NCBI GenBank assembly: GCA_963728305.1
Contig: CAVSKE010000040.1
Coordinates: 168,752-232,751 of the forward strand
Length of the DNA: 64,000 nt
Reading direction: 5' to 3'
Source of the DNA: an uncultured Acidobacteriota bacterium
Lineage (GTDB): Bacteria; Acidobacteriota; Vicinamibacteria; Vicinamibacterales; UBA2999
Below, piece after piece: positions 45,196 through 56,085 of this stretch. Every line of letters starts with the position of its first letter. Within the stretch, counting starts at the first letter, position 1. Position numbers and translations under genes: made by a program. The notes under the pieces were generated by a model. The model made no database searches, was not told where the DNA came from, and worked only from the letters and a program-made list of their open reading frames with translations.

Positions 45196-46696
45196 TCAGG
45201 TCCGAGCGCCAGAACGGGCACCGACTCTGCAGCGCGATCGCGGCCATCGTGACGCGATGACACGGCTCACGACGAGACAGCCCGCGAGAAGCGCCAGACC
45301 CTCGGCGATCGTTGCCGGCACGGCAAGCCAGTCACCGCGAATGTTGAAGTAGAAGACAAACATGACGACCCCGAGCGCCACGCATCCCGCCGCGGTTTTC
45401 GTGCAGAAGCGCTCGAGCCAGCCGAACAACGCGCCCACGAACGCGAAGTACAGGAACGGACCGATCGGGCCGAAGTTGTAGTAGGCCTCGCCGGTGGCGG
45501 AGCCGCCGAAGGGCCCCTCGCGCTGCACCATCAGCCGTTGGGGCACGCGTTCGTCCTGCTCGTACGGGATCGGTTCACGACCGGGCACTACGCCGGATCA
45601 GCAACTGCCGGTCGAACGGGAGCCCAGTAGGTGAGCCCGAGCAGGTACGGATCACCATCCTCAATCCAGTCGACGTATGCCTTGGTCGCTCGCAGGGACC
45701 CACCCAGCTCGAGGAACGTGTCGATTGGCGTCAACATCGGTCCAGTTCACCGCGGAACGGTTGGCAAACCCGACGATCCGGAACGCCTCGATCGCCGGAA
45801 TTGCAAAGAGCGACAGCCAGCACCGACGTGAGCGATCAAGCCGCGCCTGAATCGTACTCCGCGGTAGGTCAGGACGACGGCAAAGCCCAGGAGCGAAATC
45901 ATCGCGCCGGACCGCGCGCCGACAAGCAGCATCGGAAGGGCAATACAGGCGCCCCACACGACGCAGGGCTTGATCCAGTCGGTCCTCCGCGCACCGCATA
46001 CCGCCAACAGACAACCGAGGTGCGACAGACCGAGGGCGGTGCCGAGAATCGTGCCGCTCGACGACTTCGAGAGCGTCGATATAGCCAACGGAAAAGACAT
46101 CGAGACCGACATAGCACGGCAACGACGGCGATTGACGCGGCGATCCCCACCAGCATGATGAGCCAACCGCCGATATACAACCTTCGATCTTCGCTGCCGT
46201 CGACGGATGTGGGACGTGCCCGACGGCTGACGATCGGCGAAGATCCCACGCCGAATACGAATCCAGCAGCGCCGATCAGTCCGAGAATCATGGCCATCCG
46301 CACGTTCGGCCAGTAGAACCACTCGATTTGCCAGTCCTGAAGTCTCAGCAACGCGGAGGGAAAAACCGCCGCCGTAAACGTCATACCGAAGTGGAACATC
46401 CAGAACAGCATCAGATAGACAACGGACGCGCTGAGCCACGGCAGCCTCAGAAAGTACCGGGCATACGCAATCAGGCCGATCGCCGTCGCCCCTGTGGCAA
46501 CCGCAATCGGGTCGTGACTCTCCGGAGATTCGTACAGCTGCAGACCGATAGCTCCGACACCAACGACCGCCACGAGCGTCGTCACCACGATGTGCAGCGG
46601 CAGGAACGCGACGGCCTGCTGGTCGGGTACGGCGTTCACCACCGACGGCACAAGAGGTCCGCGAGCCGCGTCGCTGTTGGTCGAGACCGGAGTCAT
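45196..46696 (-). pseudogene. Polytopic membrane protein, probably an oligosaccharide repeat-unit polymerase (Wzy-type); about three frame disruptions
   Basis: ATG 46696 gives MTPVSTNSD... Multiple TM segments appear in ORFs 45899-46768 and 45747-46439. The C-terminal fragment 45196-45588 contains GEAYYNFGPIGPFLYFAFVGALFGWLERF, which is typical of Wzy-like polymerases. Confidence 0.5.
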
Positions 46697-46722
46697 TGAT
46701 GTCTGGACGGGATCACACCCGA

Positions 46723-47953
46723 TCAAACGTGCAGGGCCGACACTGGGAGCGACGAGATCGTCTCGCACACGCGATCGACCTGCGCCTCACTCATCCTGGC
46801 CGAGAACGGCAAGGCCAGACCCGACGAGCCGAGCCGCTCAGTGATCGGGAAGTCGCCGTCGCGATAGCCGAATCGCTCCGCATAGAACGGCTGAAGGTGT
46901 ATTGGAGAAAAGTACGGGCGCGTGGGGATACCTTCCGCGGCAAGGCGGTCCATCACAAATTGGCGGTCGATGTCGTGGGCAATCCGGACGACGTACGCAA
47001 ACCAGGACATTCGCGTCGTGCTCGGCGCCACAGTTGGCAACTGCAACCATGGCACATGCGACAAGCGGTCGAAATACCACTGTGCAACGCGATCGCGAGC
47101 CGCGATGAGATGGTCGAATCTCGACATCTGCGCGACGCCGAGCGCAGCACTGAGCTCGCTCATCCGATAGTTGTATCCGAGCCGATCGTGGCGCAGCCAG
47201 GCGTCCATCGTGTCCCGCCCCTGATTGCGCAGCGACCTGAATTGCGCGGCCCAGTCGTCACGATTCGTGACGATCATGCCGCCCTCACCGGTCGTCAGCT
47301 GCTTGTTCGGGTAGAACGCGAACACGCCGACATCGCCCAGTGCGCCCACCGGGCGACCCTTGTACGTCGCACCAATCGCCTCGCACGCATCTTCAATGAC
47401 GGTCACGCCGTGCGTGCGGGCTACTGCGACGATCGGGTCCATGTCGGCCGGCTGCCCAAAGGCGTGCACCGGAAGGATCGCCTTGAGCGTACCGACACCG
47501 GCCTTGTGTCGCAGCGCCGGTGGCAGCCACCGCCGGGCGGCCGAGCCACCTTCTTGCAGATCGCTGGCGGCCTCGGCGACGCGACGCGGGTCGATGTTTC
47601 CGGTCGCCGGGTCGACGTCGACAAACACCGGTATCGCGCGTTCGTAGAGGATGCAGTTCGCCGACGCCACGAACGAGAACGGAGTCGTGATGACAACATC
47701 GCCGGCATCGACCCCCGCGGCGATCACCGCCAGGTGCAGACCGGCGGTACCGCTGGACACTCCGATGCCGTGTCGGGCGCCGCTCAGACGCGCGACCTGG
47801 CGTTCGAACTCCTCAAGCTGAGGACCGATGCTGAGACACCCGCTGCGCGAGCACTGCCGCGACCGATGCCGCCTCGACCTCGGTAATATCGGGGCCAGAC
47901 ATCGTGATCGGAGCGATGTCGGTGGAGGCTGAGCTGGCGCGGCGGGCAGTCAT
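46723..47953 (-). CDS. DegT/DnrJ/EryC1/StrS-family PLP-dependent sugar aminotransferase (one frame change near 47800-47830)
   Basis: ATG 47953 overlaps the wzc stop (ATGA): MTARR...ITMSGPDITEVEAASVAAVL. Then ORF 46723-47760: SSGTAGLHLAVIAAGV...VITTPFSFVASAN...FAFYPNKQLTTGEGGMIVT...GYNYRMSELSAALGVAQM. Confidence 0.88.
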
Positions 47954-50091
47954 ACGCGTTTACCAAACAGACTCGATGAAAGGGACCGTGCTCGATCGAC
48001 GGATGTCGTTTCGAGCGAATCAAAATAGTCGGTCGACGAATACGGTTCGAAGTAGAACGGATGATGAGCAATGTCCGCCCGATTCAGCACCACCCCCAGC
48101 AGACGGCCGCCGACCCGCTGCAGCTGCTCGATCGCGAGCCGGGCGGTGCGACCTCGCGTGACCGCGGACGCGACAACGAACACGATTCCGGTCGTGTGGG
48201 GGGCGATGATGCTCGCGTCCGTCACGGTCAGTACCGGCGGGGAGTCGATGATCACCCAATCGAAGTCCTCGTGCAGCACATCCAGCAGCTTCTCGAATAC
48301 GGGCGAACCGAGCAGCTCGGGCGCTTCGCTCGACGGCGTGCCTGCCGCAAGGACGGTGAGTCCCGGGACGGACGCCGACTGTAAGGCCTCGTTCAACGGT
48401 GCTGACCCGGTCAGCACGTTCGACAGGCCGGGTTCGAGACGATGGCCCGTTATCTGATCGTGCACGGCGGGGCGTCGCATATCGGCATCGATCAACAGCA
48501 CGCGGTGCTGCGCTTGTGCGAGTGCGATCGCCAGATTGGCTGCGACGTGCGTCTTGCCTTCGCGTTGAGCGGCGCTGGCGATCAGGATCGATCGCCGACC
48601 TTCTCCGAGCATCAGGGACATCACGCTCGTGCGCAACGCGCGGAACGTCTCCATCAGTTCCCGCGGTGCTTCCCGCTTCGCCAGCGAGACCCGGACCGCG
48701 TCCGGCGATTTCACTTCCGGTACGAGTCCGAGAATGGTGTGGCCGAGCTCGCGGACCACGTCCGGCGGCGCCTTGAGACGCTCATCGAACATCTCGAGGA
48801 AGAACACGCTGCCCATCGCGAGCAGTGTTCCGGTGATCAGCGACATCAGCATGTTGAACGTGGTGCGCGGCCAGACGGGGCGTTCCGGTGTCCGGGCAGG
48901 ATCGACGATCTGAAGGTTGGTGGAGCGGAGCTCCCGGGACACGCTCGTTTCCTTGGCGCGTTGCAGGAGCGTCTGATACACGAGCCGAACGCTCTCCGCT
49001 TCCCGTTCGAGCGCTGCGTACTCGATGCCTCGCCGATTCAACGCCAGGGCTTCGCGTTTCTGTTCGTCCAATGCTCCGGTCAGCGTCTGTTCTTCGTTGA
49101 GCGCCGTCCGGTACGCGTTCGATGCTGAGTCGACGACGCGGGCAATCTCCGCCGCCAGTCGCTTCTCGGCTGTCTCGAGCGCGGTGCGCTTCTCGACCAT
49201 CATCGGGTGCAGCTCGCCCAACGTCGCGGAGAGCTCCGCGTACTCGCGCTGAAGCGTTGCGATGGTCCCCTTCAACTGCTGAATGAAGCTGTTCGAGAGA
49301 ATGGCAGGAAACCCATCGAGAGCGTCGGGGCTTCGCTGAGCGCGGAGCAGCTCGCGGTACTCAGTCTCCTTGGTGATGCGTTCGGTCTTGGCTTTCGTGA
49401 CGGCACTGTTCAGATCAGCGAGCTTCTGCACGACAATATTCTGGCCCTCGTCGAGGGACACGGCGTCATGGCGTTCGCGGAACGACTGCAACGCCGAGTC
49501 GCTCGCTTCGACCCGTTTGCGCTCCTCGGCAAGCTGAGTGTCGAGCCAGTCGGTGGCATCCTTCGAGGCAACGAAGCGCTTCTCCAGGCTCTGCTCGATG
49601 TACTGGCGGGCATGCGCGTTGATGATCTCGGTAGCCAGCTTGGGCTCGGGCCACCGGAAGCGAAGATGCACCAGGCGAGTTCCCCGCAGCGGGAACACCT
49701 GCAGTTTACCCTGCACCGCATCGACAGCCGCTGCTTCTGTCGGCGCTCCGAATTCGGGTCGCTTCCACAGCTGCAGTGCCGCAACCGTGCGCTGCACGAG
49801 CGCGCGGCTCTTCGAGCAGCTCGTGCTGAGTCTGCGCGTACGCCGCCATCCCCCGATCTTCGTCAAGGACCTGCTGAAACTGGACGACATTCGGCTCGTC
49901 CGCGTCGATCAGGATCGCCACCTGCGCCTGATACAACGGCACCTGGCGGTAGGTATAGATCGCAGCACCGATGACGACGCTCAGGAAAACCGCCGCCGCC
50001 AACCAGCGGCGGCGGTAGAACACCCTGAGGTAGTCAACGAGGAGAACCCGCGCGCCGGAAGCTCGCGCAGGGTGAAGGGGGGGAGCGACAT
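47950..50091 (-). pseudogene. wzc: Polysaccharide co-polymerase / BY-tyrosine autokinase (Wzc/GumC type); two frame disruptions (poly-G tract at 50077-50083 and ~49810)
   Basis: ATG 50091 lies 1 nt after the wza stop. VDYLRVFYRRRWLAAAVFLSVVIGAAIYTY (Wzz N-terminus), a long coiled-coil region, a second TM segment (FNMLMSLITGTLLAMGSVFFL), Walker A ILIASAAQREGKTHVAANLA, Walker A' VLLIDADMRRPAVH, Walker B DWVIIDSPPV, and a Tyr-containing tail HHPFYFEPYSSTDYF. Confidence 0.85.
50077..50083 (-). repeat. Homopolymer (G7 on the plus strand, C7 in the wzc sense) within codons 3-5 of wzc
   Basis: ATGTCGCTCCCCCCCTTCACC... As written, the ATG frame does not continue into the Wzz domain. Adding one C (C8) gives MSLPPLHPARASGARVLLVDYLRVFYRRRW in one frame. 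Confidence 0.9.
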
Positions 50092-50092
50092 A

Positions 50093-51004
50093 TCAGAAGC
50101 GCCTTTCCGGCACGACGATGGTATCGTCGGGCCTGACCAGATCTTCCATTTCGACACTTACTTCACGCTGCTTGCCGTCTTCCTTGCGCAGGATCTTGAT
50201 GCGGTTGGTAGCACCGAACTCCGACGCGCCACCAGCCATCGATAGTGCCTGGCGCACGGTCGTCTCCTCGCGGATGCGATAGGAGCCCGGAGTACGAACC
50301 TGCCCGGACACGTACACCATGAACGCGCGTGGAACGTGAATCGTTTCGCCACCGAGCAGCTTCACCGGTGGCAACTGTCCGCTATCGAGCTCCCGGAGGT
50401 CGACGCGCGTGACACTGGCAGACGGATCCTGGCCGGGGAGCACCGGCCCCTCCGCGTCGGCCGAGCGGATGATCAACACGGTCTCCGCAGCATCCGGCGT
50501 GGTCGTACCGGCACGCGCAAGCGCCTCGATCAAACTCATCTCGCCGGTCAACGGATACGTGCCAGGCTGACGGACCGCTCCCATCACGTGCACGCGTTTG
50601 CTGCGGAACTCGAGAACGGCGACTGTGACCTGAGGATTCTTGAAGTAGCCGGCATTGAGCAGACGCTTCAGCTCCGCCTCGAACTTCGTCAGTGTCAGGC
50701 CGGCGGCAACAACCCGTCCGATCAACGGGAACGTGAAGGAACCATCCGCGCTGACCACATAGTCACCGCTGATGTTGTCCTGCTTCCATACGGTGATTCG
50801 CAGCCGATCGTTGGGCCCGATCACATAATTCGGCGAGCTCGTGAGCGTCTCGGCCGCGGGGACGCTGGCGGACGGCGGCGCTCCCGCTTGGCTCTCCTGC
50901 GCGACGACTCGAGACGACATCAGCGTCGCGAGCACACAGCACACGACCAGGCACTGTCGCGCGTTGGTGAGCGGTCGTCGTTCACTCCAGGCCATGCAGA
51001 ACAT
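50093..51004 (-). CDS. wza: Outer-membrane polysaccharide export protein (Wza type; Poly_export + SLBB domains)
   Basis: ORF 50093-51070. ATG 51004 gives MFCMAWSERRPLTNARQCLVVCCVLATLMSSRVVAQ. YVIGPNDRLRITVWKQDNISGDYVVSADGSFTFPLIGRVVAAGLTLTKFEAELKRLL, then SLBB-like repeats. The frame is intact. Confidence 0.88.
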   Translation of the reverse strand: MFCMAWSERRPLTNARQCLVVCCVLATLMSSRVVAQESQAGAPPSASVPAAETLTSSPNYVIGPNDRLRITVWKQDNISGDYVVSADGSFTFPLIGRVVAAGLTLTKFEAELKRLLNAGYFKNPQVTVAVLEFRSKRVHVMGAVRQPGTYPLTGEMSLIEALARAGTTTPDAAETVLIIRSADAEGPVLPGQDPSASVTRVDLRELDSGQLPPVKLLGGETIHVPRAFMVYVSGQVRTPGSYRIREETTVRQALSMAGGASEFGATNRIKILRKEDGKQREVSVEMEDLVRPDDTIVVPERRF

Positions 51005-51130
51005 ACTCTCCCCTCGTCGGCCGAACTCCGTCGAGCCGCCGCGATCCAGGCTGTGATGCTGAGCCGTCATACCACGTCCTCACCTTTCGACTGGCGTTCC
51101 GACCAGGAGCTTGCTAAATAGGCGTTCACG

Positions 51131-52387
51131 TCAAAATCCATACACCATAGTGGCTCCCGCCCGAAGACCGTTGTACCTCCGCACGATGAACTCCGAGCGT
51201 CGGTCCTGATACGAAACAGCAAATGAGAGGCGCGTACGTGGCCGAAGATTGTGGCCCAGCGCTGCCGTGGCACTGACCAGTCTGTCGGAACGATTGAGTA
51301 GCCCGTCTTCGGTTCCGATGACGCCGCTCTGATAGCGATGAAATGTCCGCTCGCCGCTGAGCGTCATGTCCCAACCGGTCATCAGCTGGCGCTGAAGGAA
51401 CAGACCGACGCCCTGGCGCACGTAATACGGCGTGCCCGGCAGGTACGAAAACGAGACGCTCCGCTCGAACGTCGCGCCAATTGTCGTAAGGCTGTGGAGC
51501 CGGTAGCCCAGCGTTCCTGCGCCAACGAGCCCACGGAAATCGGCGACGACGCCGGAGCGTGGCTGGAAACTTCTGATATCCGAACCGTGCAGTTCCGGAG
51601 ATCAGCGCGCGGGGGTGGAGCTCCACACGAACGTCCGTTTGTTGCGAATCGGTATCGCGGGCGGGCACCAGCGTCGAATCGCGTCCTCGACACCTCGGTG
51701 CCAACAATGACGGTGGTCAACGGAGTCACTCGTGTAGCGGACGCCCACGAAAACCGCTCTCGTCCGGCGATTGAGCTCTTCGGCCAGCCAATGGCCGTCG
51801 AATCTGGCGTCGGCATCGAACGACATCCGGAATACGTCTCCACGTACCACCGCTGCGACCTTCGGCGTGACGGCGAACTCGACCCCCACCGCGCCGCTCC
51901 GCTCGACGCGCCGGGCGCGCGCGTCGATTTCGTCGGTGACGCGTTCGCGCGTGTTGAGGTAGCGCACATCGGCAAACGGCGTGATCCGACCGAAGACGGC
52001 ACGAGCCGATGACGAGAAATCCTCATTGACCGATCGCTCCGACGTCTGCTCGGAAAAATAGACGAAGTCGGTTGCGGAGCGCACTCGCAGGTTGGCGCGC
52101 CGCGGGCCGACGAACGCCGTGAAGGTAGGCCCGATTGTGAAGGTGAAATCCATGGCGGTATCACGACCGCTCTCGTTGTACACGTTGGTATCGATGCCGA
52201 CGTCACGAGCCTCGATGGTGGGCGTGAGATAGACGTGACCTATGCGAAAGGGTGCAGTCTTGACCGCGTCGTCTGGGCCCTCTTGCGCTGCCGCACTAGC
52301 AGCGTGACACGACAGGATCAGCGCGCCAATACACGCGCAGCGGCCGTAGCGCAGCGTCATATTCCGGACGCGCTTCACAAATGGCAC
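51131..52387 (-). pseudogene. Outer-membrane beta-barrel protein of EPS loci (at least three frame disruptions)
   Basis: N-terminus MTLRYGRCACIGALILSCHAASAAAQ (ATG 52360, or GTG 52387). Alternating beta-strand pattern through ORF 51602-52387. The final fragment 51131-51421 ends ...LRAGATMVYGF* with an aromatic terminus. Confidence 0.6.
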
Positions 52388-52462
52388 GGGTAGATTCTCC
52401 GATCGACCATTAACGTGCGAAGGAGCGAAACGGGATTCAGCTCCTTCACATCACCAACGGCA

Positions 52463-53296
52463 TCACGAGCGGTGCACCAGGAATGCCTTTCCGTGGAACG
52501 GAAAGTCGAACAGCTCATCTGCGTGAAGCGTGCCATCATCGGCCAGCCACTCCTCGAACGCCTTTCGTTCGCCGAGTCCCTGGGCGGCGAGCGGGTACCA
52601 GTCATCGAAGAGGATGACGCTGCGATCGACGATCGCCGGCCCGCAGAACCGCAGCGCTTCCTTCGTGGATTGGTACAGATCGCAATCGATCATGATGACG
52701 CTCGCCCGCTGGATGCGAAGGTCACTGCGGGCCTGGTCGGTCAACGAGGCGTCGAAATAGCCCTTCACCAGTGTCACTCGGCTAAAGTCGACGCCCTCGT
52801 ATTCCAGCACGCGGCGCGCGAACTCGAGCGATGAACTGAATTCGCCAGGCTGCCAGAGCCCGGCTGAATCCGACGCCGCCAACGCCGGCAGCCCCTCGAA
52901 CGAGTCGAAGCCGATGAGACGCGAATCACGGTTCCCAACCGCTCGCAGCGCGCGATGCATACAGCACATCGAGGTCGCGTTATACACGCCGAACTCGAGG
53001 TAGTCCCCCACCTCGATGCCGTTCGCGGCGAGCAGCCGCAGCACCTCGACGAATCTCGCGGTCAGCGATTCGGCATCGACGAGCCGGGTGCGGGTCCGGA
53101 TCTCGCGGGTGTTGAGCTGCTTCATCCACTCTGGCGCACGCTCGAATAGCCGTTTCGCGGGCGCTTTTAGTCTCAGCCCGTCGAGAATTCGCACGGCAAC
53201 GTCATCGACACGAACCATGGCGACTTCGGTCTCCTTGTCCACAGCGCTGATAATCTGGCGTTTAATCACAACCGCTAACGGCCCACGTTTCAACAA
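52463..53296 (-). CDS. TylF (macrocin-O-methyltransferase)-family SAM-dependent methyltransferase
   Basis: Intact ORF with start TTG 53296 or ATG 53218. GDYLEFGVYNATSMCCMHRAL...LIGFDSFEGLP...VIMIDCDLYQSTKEALRFCGPAIVDRSVILFDDW. Confidence 0.82.
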   Translation of the reverse strand: MLKRGPLAVVIKRQIISAVDKETEVAMVRVDDVAVRILDGLRLKAPAKRLFERAPEWMKQLNTREIRTRTRLVDAESLTARFVEVLRLLAANGIEVGDYLEFGVYNATSMCCMHRALRAVGNRDSRLIGFDSFEGLPALAASDSAGLWQPGEFSSSLEFARRVLEYEGVDFSRVTLVKGYFDASLTDQARSDLRIQRASVIMIDCDLYQSTKEALRFCGPAIVDRSVILFDDWYPLAAQGLGERKAFEEWLADDGTLHADELFDFPFHGKAFLVHRS

Positions 53297-53311
53297 CAGC
53301 CATCGCGGGAT

Positions 53312-54118
53312 TCAGAAGTCGACGTGCGCATCCCATCGCCGTGCGCCGGCGACGTCGCCGTTCGGCAGCAGAGAATTCTTGCGAAGCGCCACCCATTGCC
53401 CGCCGATGCCGAGTTGCCAGTCGGGCGTGGTGATTTCGGGTTTCAACTTCGTGTGGAGCAGTGGCTCGACCAGGCGCAGCTTCCACGTTTTTCGTATCGA
53501 GTCGTCTGGAACGTGGAAGAGCGACGAGTAGTCGCGGTTGCAAACAGCGAACCGCACCAGCTTGCTGACGCCCGGATAGGTGACATCGTCGAAGACGATG
53601 ACGCCGCCAACGTCCAGCATGCGATCGATATAGAAGAAGTCGATGAATACCGCCTCGAAGGTGTGATAGCCATCGATGAACGCGAAATCGAATCGCTGAC
53701 CCTCGGCGGCCATGCGCGGCAGCGCGATCTCCGATCGTTCCGGAACATGCTCCACGAGCTGTGCGTACCCGGCGCGGCGCACGTTCTCCACGCCAATTCC
53801 CTTCCATCCCGTGAAGGAAGAGAAGTTGACCTGATCTTCGGCAGGCACGTCGTACTGATAGGGATCGATCGCGACGTGACGTTCGGCGTCGACCTCGGCC
53901 AGCGCATCACAGATGTAGAGCGTTGACACACCGTACGCGAGGCCGATCTCGATGCTCCGCCTCGGCCGGACGTCGCGAATGACGCGCTGCAGGAACTCAC
54001 CCTCCTCGGCGGAGATCTGTGAATGCACCGCAATGCGCTCACCGCTGCTGGTTTCGACCGTGCCGGTCGTGATGATCCGGTCAAGCACTCCGTTGTGGAC
54101 AGTGGCGCTCATCGTCAT
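53312..54118 (-). CDS. Class I SAM-dependent (O-)methyltransferase, Methyltransf_24-like
   Basis: ATG 54118 (MTMSATVHNG) lies 15 nt after the upstream stop. SIEIGLAYGVSTLYICDAL...FDFAFIDGYHTFEAVFIDFFYIDRMLDVGGVIVFDDV. The longer ORF start at 54268 overlaps the upstream gene. Confidence 0.8.
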   Translation of the reverse strand: MTMSATVHNGVLDRIITTGTVETSSGERIAVHSQISAEEGEFLQRVIRDVRPRRSIEIGLAYGVSTLYICDALAEVDAERHVAIDPYQYDVPAEDQVNFSSFTGWKGIGVENVRRAGYAQLVEHVPERSEIALPRMAAEGQRFDFAFIDGYHTFEAVFIDFFYIDRMLDVGGVIVFDDVTYPGVSKLVRFAVCNRDYSSLFHVPDDSIRKTWKLRLVEPLLHTKLKPEITTPDWQLGIGGQWVALRKNSLLPNGDVAGARRWDAHVDF

Positions 54119-54132
54119 CTGTTTGCTATTGG

Positions 54133-56085
54133 CTATCGGCGTGTGGTGAGAAAGTCGATCAACATCTTGCGCGTGGTCGCGTCTTCGATGCCGGGCGTGC
54201 GCATCGACGTTCCGGGCGCGAATCCCTCGGGGTTCTGCAGGAAACGATGGAGACGCTCCTCGGTCCACGAGCCATCGACGCTGCGCAGTCCGGCTGAATA
54301 CTCGAACCGCGAAGCGGACGCAATGCCGCGGCCCACGACTCCGCGCAGATCCGGACCGACGGCGTGGTCGCTACCCGTTCCGATCCGATGGCAGTCCTGA
54401 CAGCGGCGAAAGAGCGCCTCTCCTTCGGGAGGCGGCGATTCCGAGAACGTCGGTTCGGATTCAGCCGGCGCTCGCTCGATGATGCTGATGAGACCGTCGT
54501 CATCCTGGAACAGAATGATGCGCCCGTCGGGAGCTTCCACCATGTCGCGGATCCTCGTGTTGGTGAACACGACGTGCTCCGCGAAGACGACCCTGTCGCC
54601 GCTTACCCGCAGGCGGATGACATGGCCCTTCAGCGAAGAGACAAGCAGGTCGCCCTTCCAGACCGGAAACAAATCGCCTCGGATCCTGAGGATCGTGCTC
54701 GCGGCAATCGACGGCACCCAGGCGAAGCGTGGCTCGACGTAGCCGTCGTGGAACCCGTCGCGTGCATTGGGCGGCCATGTGTGCTTGTCATACGCGGCGC
54801 CGTACGTCACTCGCGGCCAGCCGTAGTTGGACCCCTGGATCAACAGATTGAGCTCGTCGCCGCCCGCGGGTCCCTGTTCCGTCAGCCATACGCGGCCGTC
54901 GTCGGTCTGAACGATACCCTGCGGACTGCGATGACCGGTCGTGTATATCTCCGCGGCGCCGCTGTGAAGGTCGATGCGGATCGTTTTCCCGTAGTGCGAC
55001 TGCGGATCCTGGGGCGCGCTCGTCTTGGCGGAGAAGCCATCGAGGTTGTGGTCGCCAGTCGTCAGCAGGAGCGTCCTGTCGTCGAGGCGGGCCATTTTTC
55101 CGCCGTCCTGCTCGAAACGGATCTCAATCAGTTTCAGGCAAGGCTGCGAATCGTAGAGACGCTTCCATCCCAGTTCGGCAGTCTCGTTCAGGAGCGCATC
55201 GCGTGCGAATTCTGTCACCGACACTCGCAGACCGACGCAGCGTTCCTCGCCGTTCCAGTAATGATGTGCGGCTAAGAGGCGGACACGATCGCCGAGATCG
55301 TCGGCGATGATATCGGTGACACGGAAGGGATCATTGCCGTAGATGTTGTCGGGCCGATCGGCGAGATACTTGTCACGGTCGAGCGGGATCTCGTACCGCA
55401 GCCTGCGCACCGTACCGGCCGGTGTGCCGATGCCTTCGACGTAGTACAGATGTCCTTCGGCCGAGGCGACCAGGACGCCGCTTCCAAGCACCGCGAGCGC
55501 GCCGCCGCGGATTGCCGACGGCACCTTGAGGCCGCTCTCGACCAGCCTCACCCGGTAAAACGCCGTATTGCTGACCCCATCATCAGCCGGCCAGCCGGCA
55601 AACGCGACCGTCACCATTCCCGTGCTCGCCACGAGAAGAGCGGGGAGCAGAACCTTGTAGAGACGCTGCATCAAATCGAGCGCGAGCGAGCAGAGGACGA
55701 ATGAGGCACCGACCGCCATCCCGAGAACGGATCGCGAGTAGCCGAGCTCGCCGATCTCGGAGAGCTCCAAAGCCGCGAAAAGGCCGGCGTACGCCACCGC
55801 TACCGAGAGCATCACGGTCGGTATTCCAACCGTGCCGCGGCGAAGCGCCAGCACGGAAAGAAGAGCGGCGGCACAAATGTGCGTCAGCGCGAGGCTCACG
55901 AGGAACGCGCGCACCGGGAAGGACATGTCCCAAAGCGCGATGTTCAGCCGGATCTCGCTGAGTGTGAGCGGGATGCAGATGGCCGATAGCAGATGCCAGA
56001 TGACCCACACCGCGACATTCGTCGGGGTGCCGAGCAGCGTGCCCGATCGCGACGAAGCCATCGTCACCGCTGATCCGCCCGTCAT
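54133..56085 (-). CDS. Polytopic membrane domain + PQQ-dependent sugar dehydrogenase (GSDH-type beta-propeller) + C-terminal c-type cytochrome domain
   Basis: Intact 650-aa ORF. Its ATG overlaps the GT2 stop (ATGA). About 5-6 N-terminal TM helices. TTGHRSPQGIVQTDDGRVWLTEQGPAGGDELNLLIQGSNYGWP is the GSDH signature. The C-terminus reads GEALFRRCQDCHRIG...GPDL...MRTPGI (CxxCH haem site plus a distal Met region). Confidence 0.82.
   Translation of the reverse strand: MTGGSAVTMASSRSGTLLGTPTNVAVWVIWHLLSAICIPLTLSEIRLNIALWDMSFPVRAFLVSLALTHICAAALLSVLALRRGTVGIPTVMLSVAVAYAGLFAALELSEIGELGYSRSVLGMAVGASFVLCSLALDLMQRLYKVLLPALLVASTGMVTVAFAGWPADDGVSNTAFYRVRLVESGLKVPSAIRGGALAVLGSGVLVASAEGHLYYVEGIGTPAGTVRRLRYEIPLDRDKYLADRPDNIYGNDPFRVTDIIADDLGDRVRLLAAHHYWNGEERCVGLRVSVTEFARDALLNETAELGWKRLYDSQPCLKLIEIRFEQDGGKMARLDDRTLLLTTGDHNLDGFSAKTSAPQDPQSHYGKTIRIDLHSGAAEIYTTGHRSPQGIVQTDDGRVWLTEQGPAGGDELNLLIQGSNYGWPRVTYGAAYDKHTWPPNARDGFHDGYVEPRFAWVPSIAASTILRIRGDLFPVWKGDLLVSSLKGHVIRLRVSGDRVVFAEHVVFTNTRIRDMVEAPDGRIILFQDDDGLISIIERAPAESEPTFSESPPPEGEALFRRCQDCHRIGTGSDHAVGPDLRGVVGRGIASASRFEYSAGLRSVDGSWTEERLHRFLQNPEGFAPGTSMRTPGIEDATTRKMLIDFLTTRR

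Noticed and set aside
45196-46696. Polytopic membrane gene considered as the missing exosortase (EpsH/XrtA)
   Set aside because: The recognisable segment (GEAYYNFGPIGPFLYF...) and the position between the DegT and AsnB genes fit a Wzy-type polymerase. I could not find the conserved exosortase Cys/Arg/His arrangement. The call remains low confidence because of the frame breaks.
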